The notes: generated by a model not told the origin, from the letters alone. Shown: positions 47,626-57,530, counted from the first letter of the stretch. The stretch is DNA of 64,000 nucleotides from Candidatus Obscuribacteraceae bacterium (GCA_044229845.1 JBGASG010000006.1:128001-192000); one strand, 5' to 3'. Translations and numbers: made by a program.

Positions 47626-48582
47626 CTACCTGGTGACTACCAGCCCAGTCCACATCCCATCTTCCGCCTGGTGCAGAACACTCAGTTTCTGCGCAGCAGC
47701 GGCTGCCAACACCCGTTCCACCTTCTCGGTCAAAATGCCCGCCATGATCAACACCCCATCGGCGGCAAGCAGATGCTCTCCGTAGTCGGGCATCAGAAAC
47801 GCGTTGTCCTCCGCAGTCAGGTTGGACAGAATTGTCGAATACCGCGGACGTTCGCCGGCGACAGCCGGTATATCATCGGTGCTGCCGCAAATTAGTTGCA
47901 CATTCGATTCGACCGCGTTGATGGCGAAGTTTTCGCGCGCCACATCGCAAGCAATTCTGTCCGTCTCAGCGGCGGTAATCTGTTTGTCCGGAAATAATTT
48001 CGCCGCCGCGATCGCCAGGATACCGCTGCCGGTTCCCACATCCAGAATCTGGTTGCCTCGCAGGAATTTTTCAATCGACTCGAGACAGAAACGCGTGGTG
48101 GCGTGGAACCCGGTTCCGAATGCCAAACCTGGTTCAATGATCACCAGATGGCGTGTGCCCTTCCTTTCCGAGGACAGATCCTTCACCGCCCATGGTGGCG
48201 TGACGATCAACTGCGTGCCGACGTCGAAAGGATGGAAGCCCTCCTTCCACTTAGCCAGCCAGTCTTCCTCAACTAATTCGGCGGTGCGCATAGAACCCAG
48301 GCATTTCGCCAATCCATATTCATCTAGAGCACTGTTGATGCTTTGCACTTTGGCGGCATCGAATCCTGCGCTTTCGAACGTAGCGCGCAGCGTGACGGCG
48401 GCGGTTCCGGCTGCTCCGGCAGTTCCGGCTGCTCCGGCAATTCCTGTTCCGCTTTCGGGAAGAAACTCGCAGCCGGTGGCTCCCAGCTGCATAAACAGCC
48501 AACCCGCCATATCTTCTTCCTGCGGCTGGATCGTCACCTCGACCACGGCCCAGGTGCGCTTTTGACGTTGTTGCTGCTGCAT
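47626..48582 (-). CDS. prmA: Ribosomal protein L11 methyltransferase
   Basis: EEDWLAKWK, IEPGLAFGTGFHATT, LDVGTGSGILAI, MAGIL. Confidence 0.93.
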   Translation of the reverse strand: MQQQQRQKRTWAVVEVTIQPQEEDMAGWLFMQLGATGCEFLPESGTGIAGAAGTAGAAGTAAVTLRATFESAGFDAAKVQSINSALDEYGLAKCLGSMRTAELVEEDWLAKWKEGFHPFDVGTQLIVTPPWAVKDLSSERKGTRHLVIIEPGLAFGTGFHATTRFCLESIEKFLRGNQILDVGTGSGILAIAAAKLFPDKQITAAETDRIACDVARENFAINAVESNVQLICGSTDDIPAVAGERPRYSTILSNLTAEDNAFLMPDYGEHLLAADGVLIMAGILTEKVERVLAAAAAQKLSVLHQAEDGMWTGLVVTR

Positions 48583-48592
48583 AATGCCCGCC

Positions 48593-49573
48593 CTACTGGG
48601 CGTCGACTCGCCCTTTGTCGAGAATCCGGTCCTTATTATGACCGATGTCGTCATCCTCGAGGGTATCGCGCCGCTCCCGCAGGCGAGCTACTGCTGCGGT
48701 CGACGAAACATCCGGGCGCTGGCGCCCGCTGCTGGCATGACGAACGGGAACGACATCCAGATAGGCGCTTTCGGCGCCCTTCACGGATCCGAACCAGACC
48801 CGGTCACTGGGTTTCAGCAACACTGGGATGTTTTTGACTTTAATCGGCTCCCGTTCGCCCGGACGAGCAATGAACGTGCCGTTCATACTTCCCCGGTCCT
48901 CTATGTAGAGTCCTTCGGGAGTCTGGACAATCTTGGCGTGACGTCGGCTGACAGTTTCAGACAAAAGCTGCCCCTGCCCGTTTTCTTCCTCACGACCAAT
49001 CAAAATCTCCTGACCCAGGTCCAGCATGCGTCCTTCGTCGCCGACCGTCACGGTCAGCTCAACGCATACCCGTTCTTCCTGCCTGAATCCGAAAAACTGC
49101 AGCCCCCCGAAGGCGACCTTGTCCGTCTTCGGATCAAAATCGACCCAGCCCTCATCTTCTCGCTTGAAGTAAGCCAAAGGCACGATGCCATCCGGTTTTT
49201 CAATGGCAGCCTTCTTGTCGGCGCTGGCCAGCTTCAGCTGGACGTTTCCGCTCTCGCCGGTAAGCAAGTACAGGTACACGCCGCTGGCGGGGGCGACCCC
49301 CTCGGGAGCGCTGAAAGCCACATCAGCGCCAAAATTCCTGCCGATGCCCAGGGTGGCGCTGCGATTGGGTGCGATGTCCGCATTGGTGTCGCGATTGCGC
49401 AAAATCAGCCAGGTCTGGGGCTTGGTCGAATCAATAGTCACGGGCGTCGGCTCCGGTTGACTCAATAGCAGGTCGCCCTCCAGCACAGGATTCCCTGCAG
49501 CGGCATCCCAGGTGTCGCCCTCTTCGGGCCCCGGTTTCGCTGGCGGCTTACCGTCAGGAGGGGGATTGGCCAT
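48593..49573 (-). CDS. FHA-domain protein
   Basis: IGR...VSRRHA...IEDRGSMNGTF. Confidence 0.85.
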   Translation of the reverse strand: MANPPPDGKPPAKPGPEEGDTWDAAAGNPVLEGDLLLSQPEPTPVTIDSTKPQTWLILRNRDTNADIAPNRSATLGIGRNFGADVAFSAPEGVAPASGVYLYLLTGESGNVQLKLASADKKAAIEKPDGIVPLAYFKREDEGWVDFDPKTDKVAFGGLQFFGFRQEERVCVELTVTVGDEGRMLDLGQEILIGREEENGQGQLLSETVSRRHAKIVQTPEGLYIEDRGSMNGTFIARPGEREPIKVKNIPVLLKPSDRVWFGSVKGAESAYLDVVPVRHASSGRQRPDVSSTAAVARLRERRDTLEDDDIGHNKDRILDKGRVDAQ

Positions 49574-49942
49574 ATGGAGAACCTTCGCGAAAAAAGCAGC
49601 CAGCTATATTCGTTCCCCAGAACGGCTCTCTCATCACGCTTCAGGACGATTTCCACAATAATCTGTAATCGCTTCCGTAATCCATCATAGCCTCTCGGAT
49701 TCCTGACTCAGTTCGTGCCCCACAGTCGTCCCGCAGTCGATCTGCAGTCAGACCCTGAGTCAGCCCCGCAGTCGCCCGCCGTCCAGTCGCTCTCCCGCAC
49801 CATATTTGATACCGCTAATGGTGCCTGATGTGGAATTTTCGTGTCCACGCAATTACACAGTGACCAGCCCGCCCGGCACTCGTACTGTATAGACAGCCCT
49901 CCATAGGCAGCCACTGTTCTGGCAATTTCAGGAGCGAATCTC

Positions 49943-51232
49943 ATGGTAGAGACAGTCAAAGACCAGGCACCCGTCAATCAGCTGCATGAATGCGGCGAAG
50001 ATCCGATTCCTCCATCCAATAAAGATTCATCTGAGGCGCTCGCCGCAGACGGCGCGTTCGCGCCCAGACCACCGGCGGCAGCAGGCGCAGACAAAGCACC
50101 GGAACCACTGGCTGGCGTACCAGGACCCTGGGTCCCTCCGGATGGTGTCACAGTTGAAAAAGATAAGAGCGGCAGAATCACCGCCATGAAGTATGAGGGC
50201 GGAGGTGGCACTAACTTCCAGTACGACGCCAAAGGACGGATGACGTCGTCCGAAACCAAAGACAAGGACGGAAAAGTTACCGGCACCGAATCGGTGCGCT
50301 ACAACGACGCCGCAGGAACACGCGTTTCAGTGAACATCCAGTACAACGACGAAGGCAGTGTGCTGTTCCTGAATCAGGTGCGCGATCAGTTCAGAGACGG
50401 CAAGCTGGTATCACATGCGGAGCGCAGCTTCGACAGTCAAAAAGAAATGCAGTTTGACGACCAAGGCAGAGAATACTTCTCTTCTGAAAAGGATCCCAAC
50501 ACCGGCAAACTCACCGAGATATTACGAGACTTCAAAGAAGACGGCAGCGTCGCCGTCACGTCAACATCCTTCGATGGCAATCATATGCAGACTGGTCGCA
50601 CAACCGCAACCTTCGACAAAGACGGCAAGCAAGTGGGCGCCGAAGTCTCACAACGATTCGACGAAAATGAAAACGAAGTAGCACGCGTAGAAACAACCTT
50701 CATCGAGGGTGGAACGTCGCGCAAAATCTTCGAAAACGGTGAACTCAAGCGTCAGGTCGATGTTGTTAAATCAGTCAACGCCAACCGCGCGGGGCACGTC
50801 ACCGAAAAACATCTGGACGCCGAAGGCAATCTGGTGAAGACGATCGACGTGGATTACTTCCCGCGCCAACCATACCTGCCGACCAAAATCGTGGTCACTA
50901 ATCCCGATGGTAGCGTTAAAGAGTCGACGGCAATCGAGTATGCAACCGACGCTGAAGGCCGCCTGCAGACTCACGGACCAACGGCACTGATCAAAAGCAT
51001 CACGCACGGTGAGCCACCAGCGGCGGAGGCAACCAAAGAGTTCGCCAATAAACGAGACCAATACAATGCCTGGCGTGATTTCTGGAAGTCCGTCAAAGAC
51101 GTAAAAACCTACGCTGCCCCGATTGGGCACCCACCCAACCAGGGAACTTATGGACCGCACTTGGATCGCAGCATGCCGAGAGGCTGGTCCGCAGAAGATG
51201 TCAAAAGCGGACTCAATCAATCGCCCGCCTGA
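49943..51232 (+). CDS. Hypothetical protein with YD-like beta-hairpin repeats
   Basis: AGGAG RBS; YDAKGR, YNDEGS, FDDQGR, FDKDGK, LDAEGN repeats. Confidence 0.7.
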   Translation: MVETVKDQAPVNQLHECGEDPIPPSNKDSSEALAADGAFAPRPPAAAGADKAPEPLAGVPGPWVPPDGVTVEKDKSGRITAMKYEGGGGTNFQYDAKGRMTSSETKDKDGKVTGTESVRYNDAAGTRVSVNIQYNDEGSVLFLNQVRDQFRDGKLVSHAERSFDSQKEMQFDDQGREYFSSEKDPNTGKLTEILRDFKEDGSVAVTSTSFDGNHMQTGRTTATFDKDGKQVGAEVSQRFDENENEVARVETTFIEGGTSRKIFENGELKRQVDVVKSVNANRAGHVTEKHLDAEGNLVKTIDVDYFPRQPYLPTKIVVTNPDGSVKESTAIEYATDAEGRLQTHGPTALIKSITHGEPPAAEATKEFANKRDQYNAWRDFWKSVKDVKTYAAPIGHPPNQGTYGPHLDRSMPRGWSAEDVKSGLNQSPA

Positions 51233-51250
51233 GGATCCCAAGCACCAAAA

Positions 51251-51270
51251 CTAAAGCGATATCGTTTGAG
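51251..51270. repeat. Single degenerate copy of the 20-bp palindrome
   Basis: CTAAAGCGATATCGTTTGAG. Confidence 0.8.
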
Positions 51271-51447
51271 CACGAAAGTCCTGGCGATGGTATGGAAAAA
51301 ATGGCGGTGTAAAAGCACCGCCATTTTCTCTCTTGGCTTCGCATCACAATTGAGTTGGATTAATTCGTCAATTTGCATTGAACTAAATCGCGGTCTCCGA
51401 CGTTTATCAAATAGAACCCCACTCGCACCCAGAACGGAGGTCCGACT

Positions 51448-52362
51448 ATGTCAACCGCCTATAAAGAGATTCACGAGTACATTGCTCTTCTCGATCGGGA
51501 AAAGATATTTGGTTCTGTCGAGTTGCAACGATTAGGAACACCGGCGCAAATCTCGCGCGTCTGCAAAAGACTCGAACAGAACAAACAGATCATTCGCCTG
51601 GCGTACGGTCTGTATATAAAAGGATCCCCGGACGACACACTACTGCCCGACGCGCTTGAAATCGCCTGTGCTAAAGCCGAGATCCACCAGTCGTTCGTTG
51701 TTGGATACCGCAACCAATTATGGCGACACTCCGACATGCCTGAAAGCTCCGACTGCCACCACTTTCTCTCCTTGGGTTACTCCTGTCTCTTCCAATCGGT
51801 ACAGGGGCAAATTGCTTTGCACGGCATCAGTACTTCCCGACTGACCCTATGGAACCATGGGCAAATCGAAGCAGCCCGGGCCACCGGAAGTTCCAAAGCG
51901 TTTCTTGAAATGACCAACGGTAAGTTGATTGGAATTCCAGCACATCGAGCTGTGAAGTTGTACGGCAAGGATCTCGACTACAACTACATCCCGGGTGAAG
52001 GTCAGTACGAAGACTACGATGATGACGCGGGAATAGATAGCTCCGAAGACTATGATGAATTCGACGAGGTCCCTGAGGATTTTCAGGACTACGAGGAGAA
52101 GGCACACTTCGCAGCAATGCGCGCCGAGGAACTCGCCAAGGAAAACCAAGCCATCGAGGAAACGCTGCTCGACTTCGCGCCCGACCATGATGAGCCGGTG
52201 CCCCCAACCACATCAACAGCACCATTAACGGTGGCAAGTGCGGATGGCGAGGAGCGGCAGCGGCGATCCAATTTCTACATCGATCCCGAAGAAGAAGACG
52301 TGCTTGCTTGCAACAATGCAGGCGCCGTCATTCGCAAAACCGTCCTGCGCATTTATCACTGA
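51448..52362 (+). CDS. Hypothetical protein, N-terminal wHTH (DUF6088/AbiEi-N-like), acidic C-terminus
   Basis: GGAGG RBS; ISRVCKRLEQNKQIIRLAYGLY. Confidence 0.6.
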   Translation: MSTAYKEIHEYIALLDREKIFGSVELQRLGTPAQISRVCKRLEQNKQIIRLAYGLYIKGSPDDTLLPDALEIACAKAEIHQSFVVGYRNQLWRHSDMPESSDCHHFLSLGYSCLFQSVQGQIALHGISTSRLTLWNHGQIEAARATGSSKAFLEMTNGKLIGIPAHRAVKLYGKDLDYNYIPGEGQYEDYDDDAGIDSSEDYDEFDEVPEDFQDYEEKAHFAAMRAEELAKENQAIEETLLDFAPDHDEPVPPTTSTAPLTVASADGEERQRRSNFYIDPEEEDVLACNNAGAVIRKTVLRIYH

Positions 52363-52406
52363 CCAGGACTGACCCGGAGCGGTGCTGGACACCGCAGGCA
52401 ATAGCG

Positions 52407-52438
52407 AAAACGACCCACTGCCGAAACAGTGGGTCGTT
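52407..52438 (-). terminator. Intrinsic terminator after leuB (between convergent genes)
   Basis: 12-bp stem AACGACCCACTG/CAGTGGGTCGTT, 6-nt loop, short T run on the minus strand. Confidence 0.8.
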
Positions 52439-52460
52439 CTGACGATTTGATTTTCGCGCC

Positions 52461-53564
52461 TTAGCGGGTCCAGGAATAGACCGGAACCGTCAGGTACGAG
52501 AGAACCTTCTCGGCCATCTTCTCGGTGTTGACCAGTTTGTCACCGTGACGATAGATGTCGTTAGTGCGATAGCCGGCGTTCAACGTCTGGTAGACGGCGT
52601 TTTCGATTGCTGCTGCTTCTTCTTGCATATTGAATGAGTGGCGCAGCATCAATGCCACCGAAAGGATCTGACCGATCGGGTTGGCAACGCCCCGGCCGGC
52701 GATATCCTGGGCGGAACCGCCTGGCGGCTCGAACAATCCGAAATTATCTATGTTCAAGCTGGCGGAAGCCAACAAGCCCAGTGATCCCACTAATACCGCG
52801 GCTTCATCGGTAAGGATGTCGCCGAACATGTTAGGCATGACCACCACATCGAATTGAGACGGATCGCGCATCAATTGCATCGCGCAGTTATCGACCAGGA
52901 TCTCTTCCAGATGAACGGTCGGATATTCCTCAGCCACTTCGCGCACCACGGTGCGCCACAGGCGCGACGCCTCGAGCACGTTGGCTTTGTCAACGGATGT
53001 GACCAACCGATTGCGATCGAGCGCGGCACGGAACGCCGTGTGCGCGACCGCCTTGATTTGATTTTCGTCGTAGCGCGAGAGGTCGGATGCGTAGCGCACA
53101 CCGTTTTCTTTGCCTGACTTCTTCTCGCCGAAGTAAGCATCGCCGAGCAATTCTCTTATGAAGAGGATATCGATTCCCTTGCCGGTGATCTCCTCACGCA
53201 GCGGACACATGTTGCGCAGCTTGGGATGCACCTTGATCGGGCGCAGGTTGGCGTAGAAACCAAACATTTTGCGCAACGCGAGAATCGAATTGGCTTCGCA
53301 GCCTTTCCATTTTTCTTTGTGCTGTTCCGAAACCGGTCCGCCGACGGAGCCAAACAAAATGGCATCGCTGTTATGGCAGAGTTCTACCGTTTCGTCGGGA
53401 AGATGCTCGCCGTAGCGATCGTAGGCTTCCCCGCCCACATATCCGTAGCGAGTTTCAAAGCTATGACCGAACGCCTCACCTACCATATGAAGTACGCGCA
53501 CGGCTTGATTCATCACTTCCGGACCGATGCCGTCTCCCGGCAAAACTGCGACTTTCTTACGCAT
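52461..53564 (-). CDS. leuB: 3-isopropylmalate dehydrogenase
   Basis: LPGDGIGPEV, NLRP, SVDKANVL, NMFGDIL, LFEP..GSA.DIAG. Confidence 0.97.
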   Translation of the reverse strand: MRKKVAVLPGDGIGPEVMNQAVRVLHMVGEAFGHSFETRYGYVGGEAYDRYGEHLPDETVELCHNSDAILFGSVGGPVSEQHKEKWKGCEANSILALRKMFGFYANLRPIKVHPKLRNMCPLREEITGKGIDILFIRELLGDAYFGEKKSGKENGVRYASDLSRYDENQIKAVAHTAFRAALDRNRLVTSVDKANVLEASRLWRTVVREVAEEYPTVHLEEILVDNCAMQLMRDPSQFDVVVMPNMFGDILTDEAAVLVGSLGLLASASLNIDNFGLFEPPGGSAQDIAGRGVANPIGQILSVALMLRHSFNMQEEAAAIENAVYQTLNAGYRTNDIYRHGDKLVNTEKMAEKVLSYLTVPVYSWTR

Positions 53565-53581
53565 GATTGTGCTTTTCCTTT

Positions 53582-54172
53582 CTATTTGTGTGATGCGACG
53601 GCCGTTTGCTGCCGTTGTCTGAATTTTTCGATCGTCTGGCGATGCGAGAGGATGTAATCGATATCGTCGTGACCATTGAGCAAGCAGTGCTTACGAAACG
53701 GGTCGTAATTAAATTCAACTGTCGAGTTGTCGGGGAATCGCACTTCTTGTTTTTCAAGGTCAACAGCAAGGGTGTAGTTTTCTGTTTGTGCGTGACGAAG
53801 AATTTCATCCACGGTTGATTCGGGAAGCGTCACAAGCAACAAACCATTTTTGGCGCTGTTGTTGTAGAAAATGTCCGCGAAGGACTTGGCGACGATCACC
53901 CTTATTCCCGCGTCATATAAAGCCCAAACGGCATGTTCTCTTGACGACCCGCACCCAAAATTGCTGTCGGTGACGAGAATCTGCGCCCCGGCGTACTCCG
54001 GTTTATTAAACGGAAAGTTTGCATCCGCTTCACGCAGTCGCTTGAACAGATGTTGACCAAACCCTTCCCGGCTAATGCTGGTCAAATACTGCGCCGGAAT
54101 AATCAAATCTGTATCCACATCCTTCATGGGCAGTGGTATCACTTTCGACGTTACTTTTTGGACTTTTTCCAT
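53582..54172 (-). CDS. leuD: 3-isopropylmalate dehydratase small subunit
   Basis: DVDTDLIIP, NFGCGSSREHA, SFADIFYNN. Confidence 0.97.
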   Translation of the reverse strand: MEKVQKVTSKVIPLPMKDVDTDLIIPAQYLTSISREGFGQHLFKRLREADANFPFNKPEYAGAQILVTDSNFGCGSSREHAVWALYDAGIRVIVAKSFADIFYNNSAKNGLLLVTLPESTVDEILRHAQTENYTLAVDLEKQEVRFPDNSTVEFNYDPFRKHCLLNGHDDIDYILSHRQTIEKFRQRQQTAVASHK

Positions 54173-54208
54173 TTTCCTTGTCCTGATTTTGCGTTGATTC
54201 GTTTGGCG

Positions 54209-54274
54209 GAGTTAAAGCGATATCGGTTTAGTTTTTCTGGGCTCTCTGAGTTGGAGCGATATCGGTTTAGTTTT
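54209..54274. repeat. Degenerate doublet of the palindrome, 39-bp period, between leuC and leuD
   Basis: GAGTT..AGCGATATCGGTTTAGTTTT at 54209 and 54248. Confidence 0.9.
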
Positions 54275-54285
54275 GGGGAACTTTG

Positions 54286-55737
54286 CTAGGCGAAGTATTT
54301 TTCGGGTGAGGTTACGAAACCAGCCAGTGCGCTGGCTGCCACCGTTGCCGGCGACGCCAGGTGCGTAATGCTGCCTGGTCCCTGGCGACCGACGAAGTTT
54401 CTATTGGATGAGCTGATGCAGCGCTTGCCCTCCGGAACCTTGTCATCGTTCATCGCCAGGCACAACGAGCAACCCGGCATGCGGAATTGAGCACCGGCGG
54501 CAAGAAACACTTCGTGCAGCCCCTCTTTAATCGCCTGAGCGCGAACGGCTTCGGAACCGGGAACCACATATAGTGTCACGCGCGGATTGATCTGCTTGCC
54601 GCGCAGCACATCGGCGGCGACCCGCAAATCTTCGATGCGGCCGTTGGTGCAGGAGCCGACGAATGCCCAATCAACTTCTACGCCTTCCATTGGCTGGTTC
54701 TCCGAGAGGCGCGTATATTGGCGGGCACGCTGAGCCAGTGGACGCTGGGATTCCGGCATGCCGGCATCGGCTGGAACGCTTTCGTGTATGCCGACACCCT
54801 GTCCAGGATTGGTGCCCCAGGTGACCATCGGACGCAACGCATCCAGGTCGACCACAACTTCTTCGTCGTACGAGCATTCGGCGTCGGATGCGAAAGACTT
54901 CCAGTAAACCAGTTTGGCGTCGAAGTCTTCAACGCGTTTCTGCAAGTAATTGAAAGTAGTTTCGTCCGGAGAGATCAAACCGGCTCGGGCACCACATTCG
55001 ATGCTCATGTTGCAGACAGTCATGCGCTCTTCCATGGTCATTTTGCGCACGGCGTCACCGGTGTACTCGATGACAAAGCCGGTGGCACCACCTACACCGA
55101 TCTGCGCGATCAGTTTCAGGATGGCATCTTTAGCAAACACACCTTTGCGGAAACCGCCTTGGAATTGCACGCGCATCGTCTTCGGTTTCTGCTGCAAGAG
55201 GCAGCTGGTCGCCATAACGTGCGCCACTTCGGAAGTGCCGACGCCGAACGCCAGGCAACCGAACGCGCCGTGTGTCGATGTATGCGAATCGCCGCAGACG
55301 ATGGTCATGCCGGGTTGAGTCAGACCCAGTTCCGGACCGGTGACGTGCACGATCCCCTGCTGTCCGCTGTCGAAATCGAGGATGCGAACGCCGTGGCGCC
55401 GGCAATTCTCGCGCAGCGCATTGACTTGATCGCGCGCCGCTTCATCGAAGATTTCCCAGCGGTTGTCGCGCGTCGGAATGCTGTGATCGATAGTGGCGAC
55501 CAGTCGTTTCGGGTCAGCGATTTTCAGCCCGCGCGCTTCGATCTCTTGGAACGCTTGCGCCGAAGTCACCTCATGCAAAAGCATCAGGTCAATGGCGAAG
55601 ACAGCGGGGTGCCCGTCCAGTTGTTCGACAACGTGGCTGTCCCAAATTTTCTGCACGATGTTGCGGGCGGTGGCAGATGACTTTGCATCTTTGCCTGAGT
55701 TCTTGTTTGCATCTTTTACAGCGGTACCGGTCGTCAT
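54286..55737 (-). CDS. leuC: 3-isopropylmalate dehydratase large subunit
   Basis: HEVTS, GDSHTSTHGAFG, GSCTNGR, PGCSLC, SNRNF; GGAGG RBS before ATG 55737. Confidence 0.97.
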   Translation of the reverse strand: MTTGTAVKDANKNSGKDAKSSATARNIVQKIWDSHVVEQLDGHPAVFAIDLMLLHEVTSAQAFQEIEARGLKIADPKRLVATIDHSIPTRDNRWEIFDEAARDQVNALRENCRRHGVRILDFDSGQQGIVHVTGPELGLTQPGMTIVCGDSHTSTHGAFGCLAFGVGTSEVAHVMATSCLLQQKPKTMRVQFQGGFRKGVFAKDAILKLIAQIGVGGATGFVIEYTGDAVRKMTMEERMTVCNMSIECGARAGLISPDETTFNYLQKRVEDFDAKLVYWKSFASDAECSYDEEVVVDLDALRPMVTWGTNPGQGVGIHESVPADAGMPESQRPLAQRARQYTRLSENQPMEGVEVDWAFVGSCTNGRIEDLRVAADVLRGKQINPRVTLYVVPGSEAVRAQAIKEGLHEVFLAAGAQFRMPGCSLCLAMNDDKVPEGKRCISSSNRNFVGRQGPGSITHLASPATVAASALAGFVTSPEKYFA

Positions 55738-55975
55738 GCCACCACCTCCTGGGCGCTTGTGTTGCTGATCATTGAATCGCATCCGATCACCGGATTGCAT
55801 CCCATTCCCGGATCGCGTTTCTCGGCGTCGTTCGCCCGACTGCGCAGGATGAAGAGTTCCAGACTGTCCGCCAGCGCCTGATAGCTGGCATCGATGATAT
55901 TCGGCGAGCAACCGACGGTCGCCCAGCGTTCATCGCCGTGCGCTGCTTCCACAAACACGCGCGTCGTGGCTTCAG
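55734..55975 (-). pseudogene. cimA: Out-of-frame 3' fragment of cimA (end of the regulatory domain)
   Basis: TEATTRVFVE...WATVGCSPNIIDASYQALADSLE; its stop overlaps the leuC ATG. Confidence 0.85.
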
Positions 55976-57283
55976 TCAGATGACATTGCCGACGCGCACC
56001 TTCACCACCGCTTCGGCACTCATGCCGAGCGGTTCGCGATGCGAAACGACCACCATCATGTCCACCAGTTCGAACGGACGGCTGTAGTCGGGATCGGTAC
56101 GGCGCACCATCAGTTCGACAGTGCCTTCGGCTCCCTCGAACTGATAACCCTTCTCTTCCATCTGCTTGATGTTGCGCAGCACGTCTTGCTCGCGACCGTT
56201 GGTGGAAACGCCGGCTTGCGAGGCGTGCATGCGGATGTTGCCGCGACCGGAAAGTTCCGACACGACAATTTGACGCGCGTTGCCCACCGATTCCGGATCA
56301 ACGTGTTCGTAGCTGCTGGTGACTTTTTCGACGGCCGCCACATGCAACCCGGCTTTGTGGGCGAAGGCTGAAGCGCCCACATATGGTGCATGCGGATCCG
56401 GACTGAGATTGGCCACTTCGGCGACGGTGCGCGAGAGTTCCGTCAGTCCCGCCAAATTTTGTTGGGGGACGCAGTGGAAGCCCAGTTTCATTTGCAACGA
56501 AGGCACCAATGAAACCAGGTTGGCATTGCCGCAGCGCTCGCCGTATCCGTTGATGGTGCCCTGCACCTGGCGGGCGCCGGCTTGCACCGCAGCGATTGAA
56601 TTGGCAACCGCGACTTCTGCGTCGTTGTGGCAGTGGATGCCGATGTTGGGAGTGACTTCCGCGACCATGCGCGACACGACATCATAAACGGTGCCCGGCA
56701 AAGTGCCGCCGTTGGTATCGCAGAGCACCACCCAGTCGGCACCGGCTTCCGCAGCGGTGCGCACACACTCCATTGTGTAGGCGGCGTTCTGTGCGTAGCC
56801 GTCGAAAAAGTGCTCGGCATCGAAGATCACTTCCAGCCCTTTGCTCTTGAGAAACGAAACGCTGTCTTTGATCAGGCGCAGATTCTCCTCGGCGGTTGTT
56901 TGCAGCACGTGTTCCACATGAAACAGCGATGACTTGCCGACGATGGTGACGACTTCGGTGCGGGCTTCTAAGATAGCTTGCAGGTTGGCATCGTCTTCCG
57001 GTCTGGAGCCGACGCGACAGGTGGAACCGAATGCGGCCACTTTCGAATTGCGCAGACCCAACTGGCGCACCCGCCGGAAGAACTCCATATCTTTGGGGTT
57101 GGAACCGGGCCAGCCGCCCTCTATATAACTGACGCCGAAGCTGTCCAACAAGCGCGCGATCTTGAGTTTATCCTCCAGTGAGAAACTCAGACCTTTGCGC
57201 TGCGAACCGTCGCGCAGCGTCGTGTCATACAGATGCACGGGCGAGTGCGGGCTCTGTTTGTGCATCGTTGTGACTGTAGACAT
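55976..57283 (-). CDS. cimA: Citramalate synthase, truncated within the regulatory domain
   Basis: YDTTLRDG, IEGGWPGSNPKD, FDAEHFFDG, HCHND, GERCGN, HKAGLH; stops at RVGNVI*. Confidence 0.88.
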   Translation of the reverse strand: MSTVTTMHKQSPHSPVHLYDTTLRDGSQRKGLSFSLEDKLKIARLLDSFGVSYIEGGWPGSNPKDMEFFRRVRQLGLRNSKVAAFGSTCRVGSRPEDDANLQAILEARTEVVTIVGKSSLFHVEHVLQTTAEENLRLIKDSVSFLKSKGLEVIFDAEHFFDGYAQNAAYTMECVRTAAEAGADWVVLCDTNGGTLPGTVYDVVSRMVAEVTPNIGIHCHNDAEVAVANSIAAVQAGARQVQGTINGYGERCGNANLVSLVPSLQMKLGFHCVPQQNLAGLTELSRTVAEVANLSPDPHAPYVGASAFAHKAGLHVAAVEKVTSSYEHVDPESVGNARQIVVSELSGRGNIRMHASQAGVSTNGREQDVLRNIKQMEEKGYQFEGAEGTVELMVRRTDPDYSRPFELVDMMVVVSHREPLGMSAEAVVKVRVGNVI

Positions 57284-57530
57284 GGGCGATTGTTGCCTCC
57301 ATTTGGCTCAAGGTTACGCTTTTGACGTCGCAGAGTTTGCTCAGATGTTTGACCATTTGCTCGATAGATCTGGTGCCTTCGACGATAATTCGAGCTTTGA
57401 TAGATGTGTGATCCGGCGACCGGCCGGCGGACATATTGCAGAGGGTAAAACTGCGCTGGCGCAGCCGCCCGAGCACTCGCTCCAGCGCGCCTTCGGTATT
57501 AGCGATCGTGAAGTCGAGAACGAATCTCAT
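57225..57530 (-). CDS. Acetolactate synthase small ACT subunit (IlvM-like)
   Basis: GALERVLGRLRQRSF, LSKLCDV; ATGA overlap with ilvB. Confidence 0.8.
   Translation of the reverse strand: MRFVLDFTIANTEGALERVLGRLRQRSFTLCNMSAGRSPDHTSIKARIIVEGTRSIEQMVKHLSKLCDVKSVTLSQMEATIAHVYSHNDAQTEPALARASV

Noticed and set aside
48400..48445. 18-bp in-frame repeat in prmA (AGAAGT units) as a functional element
   Set aside because: Looks like a neutral slippage expansion in a linker
46329..49468. Long + strand ORFs 46329-47339, 47804-48565 and 48584-49468
   Set aside because: Antisense shadows of motif-bearing minus-strand genes
55738..55911. N-terminal extension of LeuC from 55911
   Set aside because: This DNA encodes the cimA tail in another frame; RBS and ATGA overlap support 55737
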